From an uncultured Actinomycetota bacterium (GTDB taxonomy: Bacteria > Actinomycetota > Thermoleophilia > RBG-16-64-13), in contig CAVRJE010000023.1 in assembly GCA_963721365.1 (NCBI GenBank), forward strand, positions 177,656-241,655: DNA of 64,000 nucleotides, written 5' to 3'. The notes beneath the pieces were generated by a model, which saw only the letters and a program-made list of their open reading frames with translations, made no database searches and was not told the origin of the DNA. The translations under genes were made by a program, and so were the position numbers. How positions within the stretch are numbered: the stretch's first letter is position 1; every line of letters begins with the position of its first letter. Shown in pieces: positions 1-9,795 of this stretch.

Positions 1-1280
1 ACTGCAGTCCCGTCCGGGAGTCGCCCCTCGATATGCACCACTCCGTCTACTTCGGGGGCCTGTCCCCTCGTCCGTCCAACGGCCTCCGGCCCGTCGCACG
101 AGTCGTCTCCGGCGATAGAGTCGATCATCACCTCTACGCTGGAGCCCACCTGTCGCGCGTGCGCCCGCTCCGCCACCTCTCCCAACACCTGGTTCAGCCG
201 GTTGAGACGCTCTCGGGCCACGCGACGCGGCACGTGAGGTTTGAGCCGGGCCGCCGGTGTCCCCTCCTCAGGACTGTATATGAAGCCACCCGCGTAATCA
301 AACTCCGCCTCGCGGACGAAGTCCAGCAGATGCTCGAACTGCGCTTCGGTCTCGCCGGGAAAGCCGACGATGAAGGTCGAGCGTAGGGCGACATCCGGGA
401 TGAACCGCCGGGCCCGTGCGAGCAGTCCGAGGTAGGAATCGGCATCGCCTGCCCTCCCCATGCGCCGGAGCACGTCCGGGTGGGAGTGCTGAAGGGGCAG
501 GTCCAGATAGCGGCACAGCTTGGCCTGCCGCCCCATATGGTGGAGGAAGGCGTCGGTGACATGTTCGGGCTGGAGATACATGACGCGCAGCCACTCGAGC
601 CGGGGGTCGACGGCGAGAAGGTCGACGAGACCGGCGAGATCCAGTTCTCCGCTCTCCCAGCGGGCGGTGTCCTGCCCCACGAGGACCAGCTCTTTCGCCC
701 CCTCGGCCAGACAAACGTCGGCTTCGCGGAGGATCTGCTGCGGACTCGCCGCACGATACGGCCCCTTTATCCCCGGGATGGCACAGAAGGTGCAGAGCTC
801 GTCGCACCCGTCTGAGATCTTCACGTAGGCATAGCAGGTGTGGCTGCAAGCCGCGACGCCGATGGACGCGGCCTGCGCCGGACCGGTGCCCCCTGCGGCG
901 CCCCCGGCGCCTTCGCCGCCCAGCAGGCGCATCAGTGCCTCTTCGTCCGCCCCGCCAGCCAGCCCAAACCAGGCGGTCACCTCGGGCATGCCTCGGGCCA
1001 GCTCGTCCCGGTACCGCTCCACCAGGCAGCCCATCGCCAGAATCTGCTTGTCGGGGTACGAGGCGGATGCGTCGAGGATGGCGGCGATGGACTCTTCCTT
1101 GGCGTCGCGGATGAAGCCACAGGTGTTCAGAAGGATATGGGTGGCGTCGCTCGGATCGTCGACGACGTCGATGCCACTCTCGGCAAGTGACCGCCGGACC
1201 GACCGGCTGTCTGCCTCATTCTTCGGACAGCCGAGAGTGTGAAGGTATACCCGCGTTCTGCCGGCAGGGTCCGGACCCAT
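1..1280 (-). CDS. rimO: Ribosomal protein S12 methylthiotransferase RimO (3-prime end runs off the window start)
   Basis: Absent from the ORF track because there is no stop inside the window. My translation from ATG 1280..1278 stays open to position 1. It shows MGPDPAGRTRVYLHTLGCPKNEADS (MTTase N-domain), the radical-SAM motif SDGCDELCTFC, and a TRAM-like C-terminus GRTRGQAPEVDGVVHIEG. Confidence 0.85.
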   Translation of the reverse strand, partial: MGPDPAGRTRVYLHTLGCPKNEADSRSVRRSLAESGIDVVDDPSDATHILLNTCGFIRDAKEESIAAILDASASYPDKQILAMGCLVERYRDELARGMPEVTAWFGLAGGADEEALMRLLGGEGAGGAAGGTGPAQAASIGVAACSHTCYAYVKISDGCDELCTFCAIPGIKGPYRAASPQQILREADVCLAEGAKELVLVGQDTARWESGELDLAGLVDLLAVDPRLEWLRVMYLQPEHVTDAFLHHMGRQAKLCRYLDLPLQHSHPDVLRRMGRAGDADSYLGLLARARRFIPDVALRSTFIVGFPGETEAQFEHLLDFVREAEFDYAGGFIYSPEEGTPAARLKPHVPRRVARERLNRLNQVLGEVAERAHARQVGSSVEVMIDSIAGDDSCDGPEAVGRTRGQAPEVDGVVHIEGRLPDGTA

Positions 1281-1281
1281 G

Positions 1282-2106
1282 CTACTCGGCTGGCTGAACG
1301 CGCTCGACACCCGTCTCGGTGACCACGAAGGAGCCTGCCTCCCCTGTGAGACTGTAAGGGGTGCCGTTCACGGTGACCGTGAGAGCCTCGGGGATACCGG
1401 CCATGAGCCAGTAGCGCTTGGCGGTGTCAAAGGTCTGCCGACCGCCGGCCGAAAGGGTCCCCGCGTAGAGCTCGGCCCCATTCTCATTGTCTGCCCGCAC
1501 CACCAACCAGCAACTACCCTCGGCCACGGAGAGGACCATTGTCACGTTCTCTCCCGTGGTCGTCGGCACTCCGGCGGTGGTCGAGGTGCTTTCCCCGAGG
1601 GTCGAAGAGGTGCTGGTGGTCTCTACCGCGACGGTGGTGGAGGCGGCGGCGGAGGTCGACGTGGCCAGATTGCTCCCGTCGATCGTGGCGGGTGCCTGCC
1701 CCCTTCCGGAACCCAGCCAGGCGAGCAGGATGACGACGACGACCGCGATGACCCCCGCCGCCACATAACCCCTCTGGGTGCGCCTCGTCCTCTTCTGCTT
1801 GCGCTCCGTGCTCGTCCGGGTACGCGGTTGCTGCGCCATCTCGGTGCGCAGCGGCCCGATCTCTTCCCTGGAGTCCTCATACTGGCTCCGGTACTCGGCC
1901 AGCAGCAAGTCGGGGTCGAGCTTCAGAAAGCTCGCGTACGAACGCAGGAACCCCTTGACTACTGTGGGACCCGGAAGCACCTCGAAGTCGTTCTCCTCGA
2001 GCGCCTCAAGATACTTGGAGCGGATCTTGGTGATGCTCTCGACGTCGGTGATGGTGAGGCCTCTCCGGATACGAGCCTCACGCAGGGTGTTGCCGATGTC
2101 AGGCAC
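1282..2106 (-). CDS. rodZ: RodZ-like cytoskeleton/HTH membrane protein (HTH + TM + Ser/Thr-rich linker + DUF4115-like C-domain)
   Basis: ORF 1282..2106. N-terminal XRE-type HTH IGNTLREARIRRGLTITDVESITKIRSKYLEALEEN, one TM segment YVAAGVIAVVVVILLAWL, a low-complexity ST linker, then a beta-rich C-domain. Confidence 0.7.
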   Translation of the reverse strand: MPDIGNTLREARIRRGLTITDVESITKIRSKYLEALEENDFEVLPGPTVVKGFLRSYASFLKLDPDLLLAEYRSQYEDSREEIGPLRTEMAQQPRTRTSTERKQKRTRRTQRGYVAAGVIAVVVVILLAWLGSGRGQAPATIDGSNLATSTSAAASTTVAVETTSTSSTLGESTSTTAGVPTTTGENVTMVLSVAEGSCWLVVRADNENGAELYAGTLSAGGRQTFDTAKRYWLMAGIPEALTVTVNGTPYSLTGEAGSFVVTETGVERVQPAE

Positions 2107-2116
2107 GAAACTTCGT

Positions 2117-3226
2117 TTACGCCTCTCGCATCAGGCGCGCCAGGCCGGCGGCGAAACGGCGCGCGTCGTTAGCAGGGTCGGAGGTCGTCTCGAACTCGAG
2201 CACGAATCGCCTTCCCTCTACGCACGACCGCTGGTATAGCGGATCGTAGTAGTCGGTAAGCAGCCCCCCGACGACGTCGGTAAATCTACCATCCGCGAAA
2301 GCTGTTTCCAAGGAGACCACTCTTTCCCGCGGCAGGCGGGCTGCGATGAGATGAAGCCCGCGCAGGAAGCGGTCGCGGTCGACATCATCCCATCCCTCGG
2401 GCGCGTATTCCCGCAGGATCCGCTCCGCTCGCACCTCCACAGGGGCCCTGACCAGGACCGGCAGACCCCCGCGGATCGCGTCGGCCACGCTCGTCGGAAC
2501 AAAGATCCGGCCGATCTTGCCGCCTTCCCCCTCGAGCACCAGGTAGTCGCCTTCCGGCCGGCGAAGCTGGTCCCACAGAAGAGCGTCGAAGTCCTTCTGG
2601 CGCCGCTCTCCGGGTTGGTTCAGGCCGCCCAGGAGCGACCCGCGATGAAGGGCCAACTCCTCGAGGTCGACCACCCACGGCCGGAAGGCGCCCGCGGCCG
2701 CCGATCTCTCGGCCGCCGTCTGCTCGGCCAATGCTCTTATCAACGCGCTCTTGCCGGCCCCGGTGTGGCCGTAGAGCGTGACGACCGGAACGGGTGCGTG
2801 CCACTCCGCCAATCCGTTCAGCACTTCCTTGCGGTAGGCCCGGTAGCCGCCGGCGACCGTGACCACGTGGACGCCGACGATCGCCAGCAGAAGAGCTACG
2901 TTGCGACTGCGCTCGCCGCCGCGCCAGCACATGATGGCCAGCCGGCGCCCTTTCGGCTGGGCGCGGGCCAGGCTCACCAGCCCCTTCAGATACCCGGGCA
3001 GAGCCGGACTGACAAGCTCCATAGCAACAAGGCGGGCCCACGCTGCGCCCTCCTCCTTGTACGCGATACCCACCGTGGCTCGCTCGGCGTCACCGAGCAG
3101 CGGGAAGTTGACGGCCCCGGGCATACGGCCATCGGCGAACTCGGCCGGGGAGCGCACGTCCACCACCTGGAACCCACCCTCCATCGCCTGCGCCGCGCTT
3201 ATGGAGGGCACCTGCAGGTCAGTCAC
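2117..3226 (-). CDS. selU: tRNA 2-selenouridine synthase (rhodanese + P-loop)
   Basis: ORF 2117..3226, 369 aa. Rhodanese domain with active-site loop MCWRGGERS, then Walker A GHTGAGKS. Length and order match the SelU/MnmH family. Overlaps the ftsK stop by 8 nt. Confidence 0.8.
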   Translation of the reverse strand: MTDLQVPSISAAQAMEGGFQVVDVRSPAEFADGRMPGAVNFPLLGDAERATVGIAYKEEGAAWARLVAMELVSPALPGYLKGLVSLARAQPKGRRLAIMCWRGGERSRNVALLLAIVGVHVVTVAGGYRAYRKEVLNGLAEWHAPVPVVTLYGHTGAGKSALIRALAEQTAAERSAAAGAFRPWVVDLEELALHRGSLLGGLNQPGERRQKDFDALLWDQLRRPEGDYLVLEGEGGKIGRIFVPTSVADAIRGGLPVLVRAPVEVRAERILREYAPEGWDDVDRDRFLRGLHLIAARLPRERVVSLETAFADGRFTDVVGGLLTDYYDPLYQRSCVEGRRFVLEFETTSDPANDARRFAAGLARLMREA

Positions 3227-5997
3227 CGTCGATCTCGTCTCCCATGCTTCCGGCGCTCTCTCCGGCTCGCAACGCGGCCAGTATATGCTCGGCCTCGTCG
3301 GCGTCGATCAGGATCTGCCGCGGCTTGCTGCCTTCCCACGGCCCTACGACTCCTCGCCGCTCCAGCATGTCGATGAGGCGGCCTGCGCGCGTGTAGCCCA
3401 CGCGTAGGCGGCGTTGCAGCATCGACACCGAGGCGCTGCCGGTCTCGATGACCAGTTGGGCCGCATCGGCGAGCAGGTCGTCGGAGTCCGGGTCGAACAT
3501 ATCGTCTTCGCCCTTCTTGACGTCCTTGGGATCCGGCGGCCGGCGAAGCAATTCCTCGCGGAATTCAGGCTCGGCCTGGTGCCGCCAGTGGTTGACCAAG
3601 AGGGCGATCTCCTCCTCGGTGACGTAGGCGCCCTGGACCCGCTCCATGTGGCTGGAGCCGAGGGGCTTGAAGAGCATGTCGCCCCTGCCAAGGAGGGTCT
3701 CGGCCCCGTTGACGTCCAGGATCACCCGGGAGTCGGTCTGACTGGAGACGGCGAAGGCGATGCGGGAGGGGATGTTCGCCTTGATCATCCCGGTGATGAC
3801 GTCGGCCGAGGGGCGCTGCGTCGCCACCACCAGGTGGATGCCGACGGCCCGGGACTTCTGCGCCAGCCTGATGACGCAGTCCTCCACCTCCTGCGGAGAG
3901 ACCATCATGAGGTCGGCCAACTCGTCGATGACTATCACGATGTACGGCAGCGGCCGCTCTCCCCGCCGCGCCCTGGCCTTGTTCATGTCGGCCAGGCTGC
4001 GCGAGTGCTCCAACTCCATGAGCTCGTAGCGGTCTTCCATCTCCTTGGCTACGTTGTGCAGCACCCCGGCCGCGTCTTTCATGTTCGTCACCACAGGCAC
4101 GAGCAGGTGAGGGATGCGGTCGTAGTGGGAGAGTTCCACTTTCTTGGGGTCGATCATGATCAGGCGCACCAGTTCGGGGGTGCTGCGGAGCAGGATCGAC
4201 GACACGATGCAGTTGACGCAGCCGCTCTTGCCCGAGCCGGTGGTGCCCGCGATGAGGAGATGCGGCAGCCGGGCCAGGTCGGTGTACACAGGCTTACCCG
4301 AGATGTCCTTGCCGAGCCATACCATGAGCGGGCCGGCCGACCGGGGGAACTCTCGGTAGATATCGCCCAGGGTGACGAAGTCTGGCCGCTGGTTGGGGAC
4401 CTCCACGCCGACGGCGGACTTGCCGGGGATAGGAGCCAGGATGCGTATCTCCGTGGTGGCAAGAGCGTAGGCGAGGTCGTCCTTCAACGACGAAACCTTG
4501 GCCACTTTGGTACCCGGCGCCAATTGCAGCTCGTAACGGGTCACCCGCGGCCCCACCACCATGCCCACCACTCGCGCTTCCACCCCGAACTGAGATAGCG
4601 CATCAAGGACCACCGCCGCGGTATCTCGTTCGTTGGCCCGTCCGGGCGCCAACGGAGTGCTCTTCTTCAGCAGTTCGGCGTCGGGAAGTAGATACGCCGG
4701 CTGCTCGACCGGCAGTGCGGTCTGCCGGGGCGCCCGGCCCAGCCCGGGTAGCGTGTCCTGGCGGGCTTCAAGAGAATCCTCGTCGTCGCCGTTCGCTTCC
4801 GCCACTGCGGAAGAAGCGGCGGATCCACCCGCGCCCCGCCCGCGACCTTCACAGCACCGCCGGCCCCCACCGCGGCGACTGCACCGGCCGCTACAGCGGC
4901 TCCGCCCACGTCTCCCGCGGCGCTCGCAACGCCGCCCGCGACGGCGGCGGCGGCTCCCACCACCGACGGACCGTACAGGTCGGCGAACGCTTGCGCCCCG
5001 TCGAGAAGGCCCCCGGAAAAGCCGGTCGCCTCCGGAGCTAGGGGGCTGCGCGCGGCCGGGCGCCCGTCGGACCATTCCTCGAACTCCTGGCCGAAGGGGT
5101 TCCCCGCCGCCGTGCCCCGCCACTTGACTGCGGCAGGCCAAACTCGTCGCCGACCAGATCGACAGGCCCCAATCGCGTACCGGATGTGGCAGGCGTCGGC
5201 GAAGAACCGCGCCAGGCGGTCGCGGCGGCACCAGGGAAGAGGCCGGCGCCGGCGAGATCCGGCTCACCCTCGCCCCGGTTCTTGACCGCGGTCCTGCTCC
5301 GTTCCGCCGTATCGCGGACCGTTCCCGCCGCGAGCTTGGTGCCTGTAGCCAGCCGCCCCACCGTCATCCCCGTCGCCAGGCTAAACCCCGCCACTACTGC
5401 GACCCAGCCGATGATGGCGACCCCTACCGTCCCGGCGAGGCCATGAAGCAGGGCGTACACGGCTTCACCCAAGCCCCCGGACCGGCCCTCGAACTCCGCG
5501 CGCACGAAATAGTCGGCGCTGTGGCCGCCGAAAGGCGGCACGCCGGCGGCGACCAGCAGAAACAAGCCAAAAAGGAAGACCAGGGCGCCCACGAACACAT
5601 AGGACCGGCGCACCCTGACATCGAACACGGTGGTCACGGCCATGACGAGCAAGGCGATGGGGACGACAAGGGCCACATGGCCGAAGGCGAAACCCAACCC
5701 GGCGGCGGAGCCCCGCCCGAGCACGCCCCCGGCGCCGCCGGACAGCAAGACCACGAAGAAGAACACGGCGACCGCGAGCAGCACGAGGGCGACCATCTCC
5801 CTCCTGTGCCCCGGCGCCCCGTTCGTTCGGCCACCTTTCGCGGGACCCTTCCCCACCGGCTTCCGCGCGGTCGTGGGCGCCGCCGCTACCGTGTTGGCGC
5901 GGGTGGTCGCCGCCGGCCTCGCGGCCATCGCCGGCCGGGATCCGCTCTTGACGGCGGTCCGAGCCGTCTGCTGACTGTTGGTCCGCCCCGCTGCCAT
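3219..5997 (-). pseudogene. ftsK: DNA translocase FtsK, interrupted by at least 2 frame changes in the linker as assembled
   Basis: The TM domain is in ORF 5038..5997 (MVALVLLAVAVFFFVVLL...). The Ala/Gly linker is readable only in a third frame (NPFGQEFEEWSDGRPAA...VVGAAAAVAGGVASAAG, partly ORF 4667..4963). The motor domain is in ORF 3219..5267 (GTTGSGKS, IVIVIDELAD, gamma domain SMLQRRLRVGYTRAGRLID). Frame changes fall near ~5125 and ~4815. Confidence 0.85.
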
Positions 5998-6013
5998 CGG
6001 CTCTCCCTCTGGC

Positions 6014-7675
6014 CTAGACGTCGACGACCACGGGAAGCACCATGGGCCGCCGCCCGGCTTCCTTGTGCAAGAACTTCTGGACCACGTCGTGGACTCTGGT
6101 CTTGACCACGGTGATATCGGAGGCCTGCGTCATCTCTTCGCCGCCCAGCGCATCCACCACCCTCTTCTTCGCCTTGTCGGTCAGCTCAGCCAGGTCGCCC
6201 GCATGCGCGAAGCCGCGAAAGAGCACTTCCGGCTCCCCAACGATCTGCCCATCCTGTGCCCGGCGGGCGACGACGACGATCACCAGGCCGTCGCTCGCCA
6301 GGTGCTGCCGATCGCGCAGCACCAGATCCCTGAAGTCCCCCATCGCGAAGCCGTCCACCAGGATCATCCCGGCCTGCACCCGGCCGACGATGCCTGCCGA
6401 ATCGGGCCTTAACTCGAGGATGTCCCCGTTCTCGAGGAGGAACACGTTCTCGGCGGGTATGCCTGTGGCCCGAGCCAACTCGGCGTGGAAATGCATGTGG
6501 CGATGCTCGCCGTGAACCGGCATGAAGTACGTGGGCCGCACCAGGTTGAGCATCACCTTCAATTCTTCCGCGGCAGCGTGCCCCGACACGTGCACGCCGG
6601 CGGACGCCTCGTAGATAACACGGGCTCCGGCGGCGAAGAGACGGTCGATCGTCCGGTAGACGCTGGTCTCGTTACCCGGCACCGCCCGTGCGGAGATGAC
6701 CACGGTGTCTCCCTTTACGATCTCCACAAGCGGATGATCCCGAGATGCTATCCGGGCCAGGGCCGACAAGGGCTCCCCCTGGCTGCCTGTCGAGAGGATC
6801 GTCACCCGGTCCGGGGGGAGCAGACTGACCTCGTGGGGCTTGATCAGCAGGCCGTCGGGCACGGTGAGATAGCCGAGATTCTGCGCGATGTTGACGTTCT
6901 TGACCATGCTACGGCCGATGACCGCCAGCGAGCGCCCGTGACGGGCGGCCGTGTCCATCACCTGCTGGATGCGGTGGATGTGACTGGCGAAGGAGGCGAC
7001 GATGACCCGCCCCGGGGCCAGCGCGAATATGCTCTCGAGCGCTCGGCCCACGTTTCTCTCCGGGGTCGTGAAGCCGGGGGTGTCGGCATTGGTGCTGTCG
7101 GACAGCAGAAGCAGGACCCCCTTGCTGCCGAGCTCGGCAAACCGTTGCATCGCCGTCGGCCGGAAGTCGATGGGGGTCTGGTCGAGCTTGAAGTCGCCGG
7201 TATGCACGACGGTGCCCACCGGGGTGTGGATACCCAGCCCCACCCCGTCGGGGATGCTGTGGCTCACCTCGAGGAATTCCAGAGTGAACGGCCCCAGGGT
7301 GAGCGGCTTGGCGCTCGATATCTCGTTGAGGGACACCTTGCCCTGCAGCCCGTGCTCCCCCAGCTTGGAGTTCACAAGGCCCAGGGTCAGCCTGGTGCCG
7401 TAGACCTGGGTGTCGACCTGTTTCAGCAGGTAGGGCAGGGCGCCCACGTGGTCCTCGTGACCGTGCGTGAGGATGATCCCCAGCAACCGGTGCTTGTTCT
7501 CGACCACGTACGAGAAATCGGGCAGCACGAGGTCTATCCCCAGCATCTCGTCGTCGGGGAACATAAGTCCCGCATCGACGACCAGCATCGCTTCGCCATA
7601 CTCGAGGACCATCATGTTCTTGCCGATGGCCCCCAGCCCGCCTAGCGGTATCACTTTGAGAGCTTGTTCAGTCAC
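6014..7675 (-). CDS. rnj: Ribonuclease J (metallo-beta-lactamase/beta-CASP)
   Basis: ORF 6014..7924. The conserved protein starts at GTG 7675 (VTEQALKVIPLGGLGAIGKNMMVLEYG). It carries the HGHEDHVGA motif. The upstream Arg/Ser-rich extension looks like non-coding read-through. Confidence 0.88.
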   Translation of the reverse strand: MTEQALKVIPLGGLGAIGKNMMVLEYGEAMLVVDAGLMFPDDEMLGIDLVLPDFSYVVENKHRLLGIILTHGHEDHVGALPYLLKQVDTQVYGTRLTLGLVNSKLGEHGLQGKVSLNEISSAKPLTLGPFTLEFLEVSHSIPDGVGLGIHTPVGTVVHTGDFKLDQTPIDFRPTAMQRFAELGSKGVLLLLSDSTNADTPGFTTPERNVGRALESIFALAPGRVIVASFASHIHRIQQVMDTAARHGRSLAVIGRSMVKNVNIAQNLGYLTVPDGLLIKPHEVSLLPPDRVTILSTGSQGEPLSALARIASRDHPLVEIVKGDTVVISARAVPGNETSVYRTIDRLFAAGARVIYEASAGVHVSGHAAAEELKVMLNLVRPTYFMPVHGEHRHMHFHAELARATGIPAENVFLLENGDILELRPDSAGIVGRVQAGMILVDGFAMGDFRDLVLRDRQHLASDGLVIVVVARRAQDGQIVGEPEVLFRGFAHAGDLAELTDKAKKRVVDALGGEEMTQASDITVVKTRVHDVVQKFLHKEAGRRPMVLPVVVDV

Positions 7676-7763
7676 GAGTCCGGGTGGGTACCTCCGCGCG
7701 CGATTGTCTGTGGGCTCGGCTGCGGCGCGATGCTGACCAGCGCCGCACTTCGCCGCTGCAGTT

Positions 7764-8506
7764 CTAAAGAATGTTCTCCAGACCGACGACGAGTCCTTGC
7801 AGAGAACGCACGCGTTTGACGGCCAGAAGCACCCCGGGCATGAACGATTCCCTGGAGAGGGAGTCGTGCCTGATGGTAAGGGTCTCCCCGAGCCCGCCGA
7901 AGAGGACCTCCTGGTGGGCGACAAGACCGGGAAGGCGGACGCTGTGGATGGGGACCTCCTTCTCCAGGCCGGTCTCGCTCCACGTCTCCTCGATGCGCAG
8001 CCGCGTGAGTCTGGAGGTACCGGATGGCGCGTCGAGCTTCTTGTCGTGGTGCAGTTCGACGATCTCGCAGGCCCGGAAATGCCGGGCCGCCTGCTTGGCG
8101 AACTCCATCATGAGCACGGCGCCCATGGCGAAGTTCGGCGCGACCAGCACCGGCGTGGTCTGCCGTTCCGTGGCCTTCTCGATCTCCGCCAGGTCCGCCG
8201 CCCCCAGCCCTGTGGTGCCGACCACCACTGCCACCCGATGCTCGAGACAGGTGAGCACGTTGGCCCGCACCGACGCGGGTACGGTGAAATCGACCACAAC
8301 GTCGACGTCGACCTGCCGGAGCGCGTCGTCCAGGCCGGCAAAGTCCTTCTCCGGCCCCAGCAGGGACACGGCCCCGTTGCCGAAGCCGGTGTCCACAGCC
8401 GCCACCAGCAGCAACTCAGCGTCGCGCCGACCGCCTCGCAGGTGGTGCGGCCCATCCGCCCCAGAGCCCCGCAGACGGCGACCTTGACCTTCATCTTCTC
8501 GTGCAT
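7764..8506 (-). pseudogene. dapB: 4-hydroxy-tetrahydrodipicolinate reductase DapB, one frameshift as assembled
   Basis: The N-terminal Rossmann piece MKVKVAVCGALGRMGRTTCEAVGA is in ORF 8108..8506. The rest (LLVAAVDTG...ELHHDKKLDAPSGT...) is in ORF 7764..8414. The junction at about 8421-8427 looks like one missing base. Confidence 0.85.
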
Positions 8507-8517
8507 CTGCTCCGCTC

Positions 8518-9795
8518 CTAGGCCAAGCCGGCCAGACAGTCCTCCGGGACGACCCCTTCGAACTGCGACTGGTCCGACCCGATGCCCACGACCGACAGTT
8601 GAGCCGGCCGGTAGACCTCGGAGGCGAGTTCGAGAACCTGTTCGGGCGTGACCGCCTCGATTCGCTCGGCCAACTCGTCGAGCGACAGTATCTCGGTGCC
8701 GGTCAACACCCCTTTGCCCAGGCGGGTCATCCGGCTGGAGGTGCTCTCCAGGCCGAGGATCATGCGCCCTTTCAAGTGCTCTTTGGCCCGCTGGAGCTCG
8801 TCGTCCGGCACCGGTTCGGTGACTAGGCGCAGCAACTCCCGGCCGACCGTGTCCATGACCGCTTCAAGGCGTTCGGGCCGGCAGCCGAAGTAGAGCCCGG
8901 TGAGTCCGGTCTCCTGGTAGAGGCTCGAGAACGAATACACGCTGTACACCAGGCCCCGCTTCTCCCGTATCTCCTGGAAGAGTCTGGAACTGAGCGAGCC
9001 CCCGAAAAGGCTGTCGAGGACCGAAAGCTGGAAGCGGCGCTCGTTGTCGCGGGCCAGTCCTACCCCGCCGAGGCAGACGTGCATCTGTTCTGTCTCTTTC
9101 TCCACGAAACGGCGGCGAGGCTTCACGGCCGGCTGCTCCGGCGCGCGCTTGGGCTCGACGCCGTTCGAGGCGAGTTGCCGCTCGAGCAGCAACTCGCGGA
9201 CCGCGTCGTGGGCGACGTTGCCCGCGGCAGCAACGACCATGTCGCTGAACTGGAAGCGCTGACGGTGATAGCCCCGGATCTCTTCCTCGGAGGCGTCGGC
9301 GATGCTCTGCCGGGTGCCGAGGATCGGATGCGCGAGCGGGTGGCCGTCGAGTACGACTTCCGCCAGGACGTCGTGGATGAGGTCCTGAGGAGAGTCCTCC
9401 ACCATGGCGATCTCTTCCAGGATGACTTCCCGCTCACGGTCGAGGTCAGCGAACGTCGGGGTGATCAGCATGTCGGCCATGACGTCCATGGCGACGGCAA
9501 GCTGGTCATCCAAGAAGCGGCCGTACACCACGACGTACTCCCGGGATGTGCTGGCGTTCAGCTCCCCTCCAAGGGTGTCGAAGACCTGGGCGATCTCTTC
9601 CGCCGTGTACTTCGACGACCCCTTGAAGAGGAGGTGTTCGAGGAAATGTGAAGCGCCTTCGAGCGCACCGGGCTCATCCCGAGAACCGGCGGGGATCCAG
9701 AAGCCCAGACACACCGATCTCAGGTGGTCGAGCTTCTCGGTGACCAGCCGCTGGCCGTTCGGGAGATGCTCCAGGCGGTACTCGTCAGGCGACAC
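8518..9795 (-). CDS. M16-family zinc metallopeptidase (pitrilysin-like)
   Basis: ORF 8518..10149. The conserved part starts at GTG 9795 (VSPDEYRLEHLPNGQRLV), which overlaps the pnp stop by 1 nt. It has the inverted zinc motif HFLEH. The upstream Arg-rich 118 aa overlap pnp and are rejected. Confidence 0.85.
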   Translation of the reverse strand: MSPDEYRLEHLPNGQRLVTEKLDHLRSVCLGFWIPAGSRDEPGALEGASHFLEHLLFKGSSKYTAEEIAQVFDTLGGELNASTSREYVVVYGRFLDDQLAVAMDVMADMLITPTFADLDREREVILEEIAMVEDSPQDLIHDVLAEVVLDGHPLAHPILGTRQSIADASEEEIRGYHRQRFQFSDMVVAAAGNVAHDAVRELLLERQLASNGVEPKRAPEQPAVKPRRRFVEKETEQMHVCLGGVGLARDNERRFQLSVLDSLFGGSLSSRLFQEIREKRGLVYSVYSFSSLYQETGLTGLYFGCRPERLEAVMDTVGRELLRLVTEPVPDDELQRAKEHLKGRMILGLESTSSRMTRLGKGVLTGTEILSLDELAERIEAVTPEQVLELASEVYRPAQLSVVGIGSDQSQFEGVVPEDCLAGLA

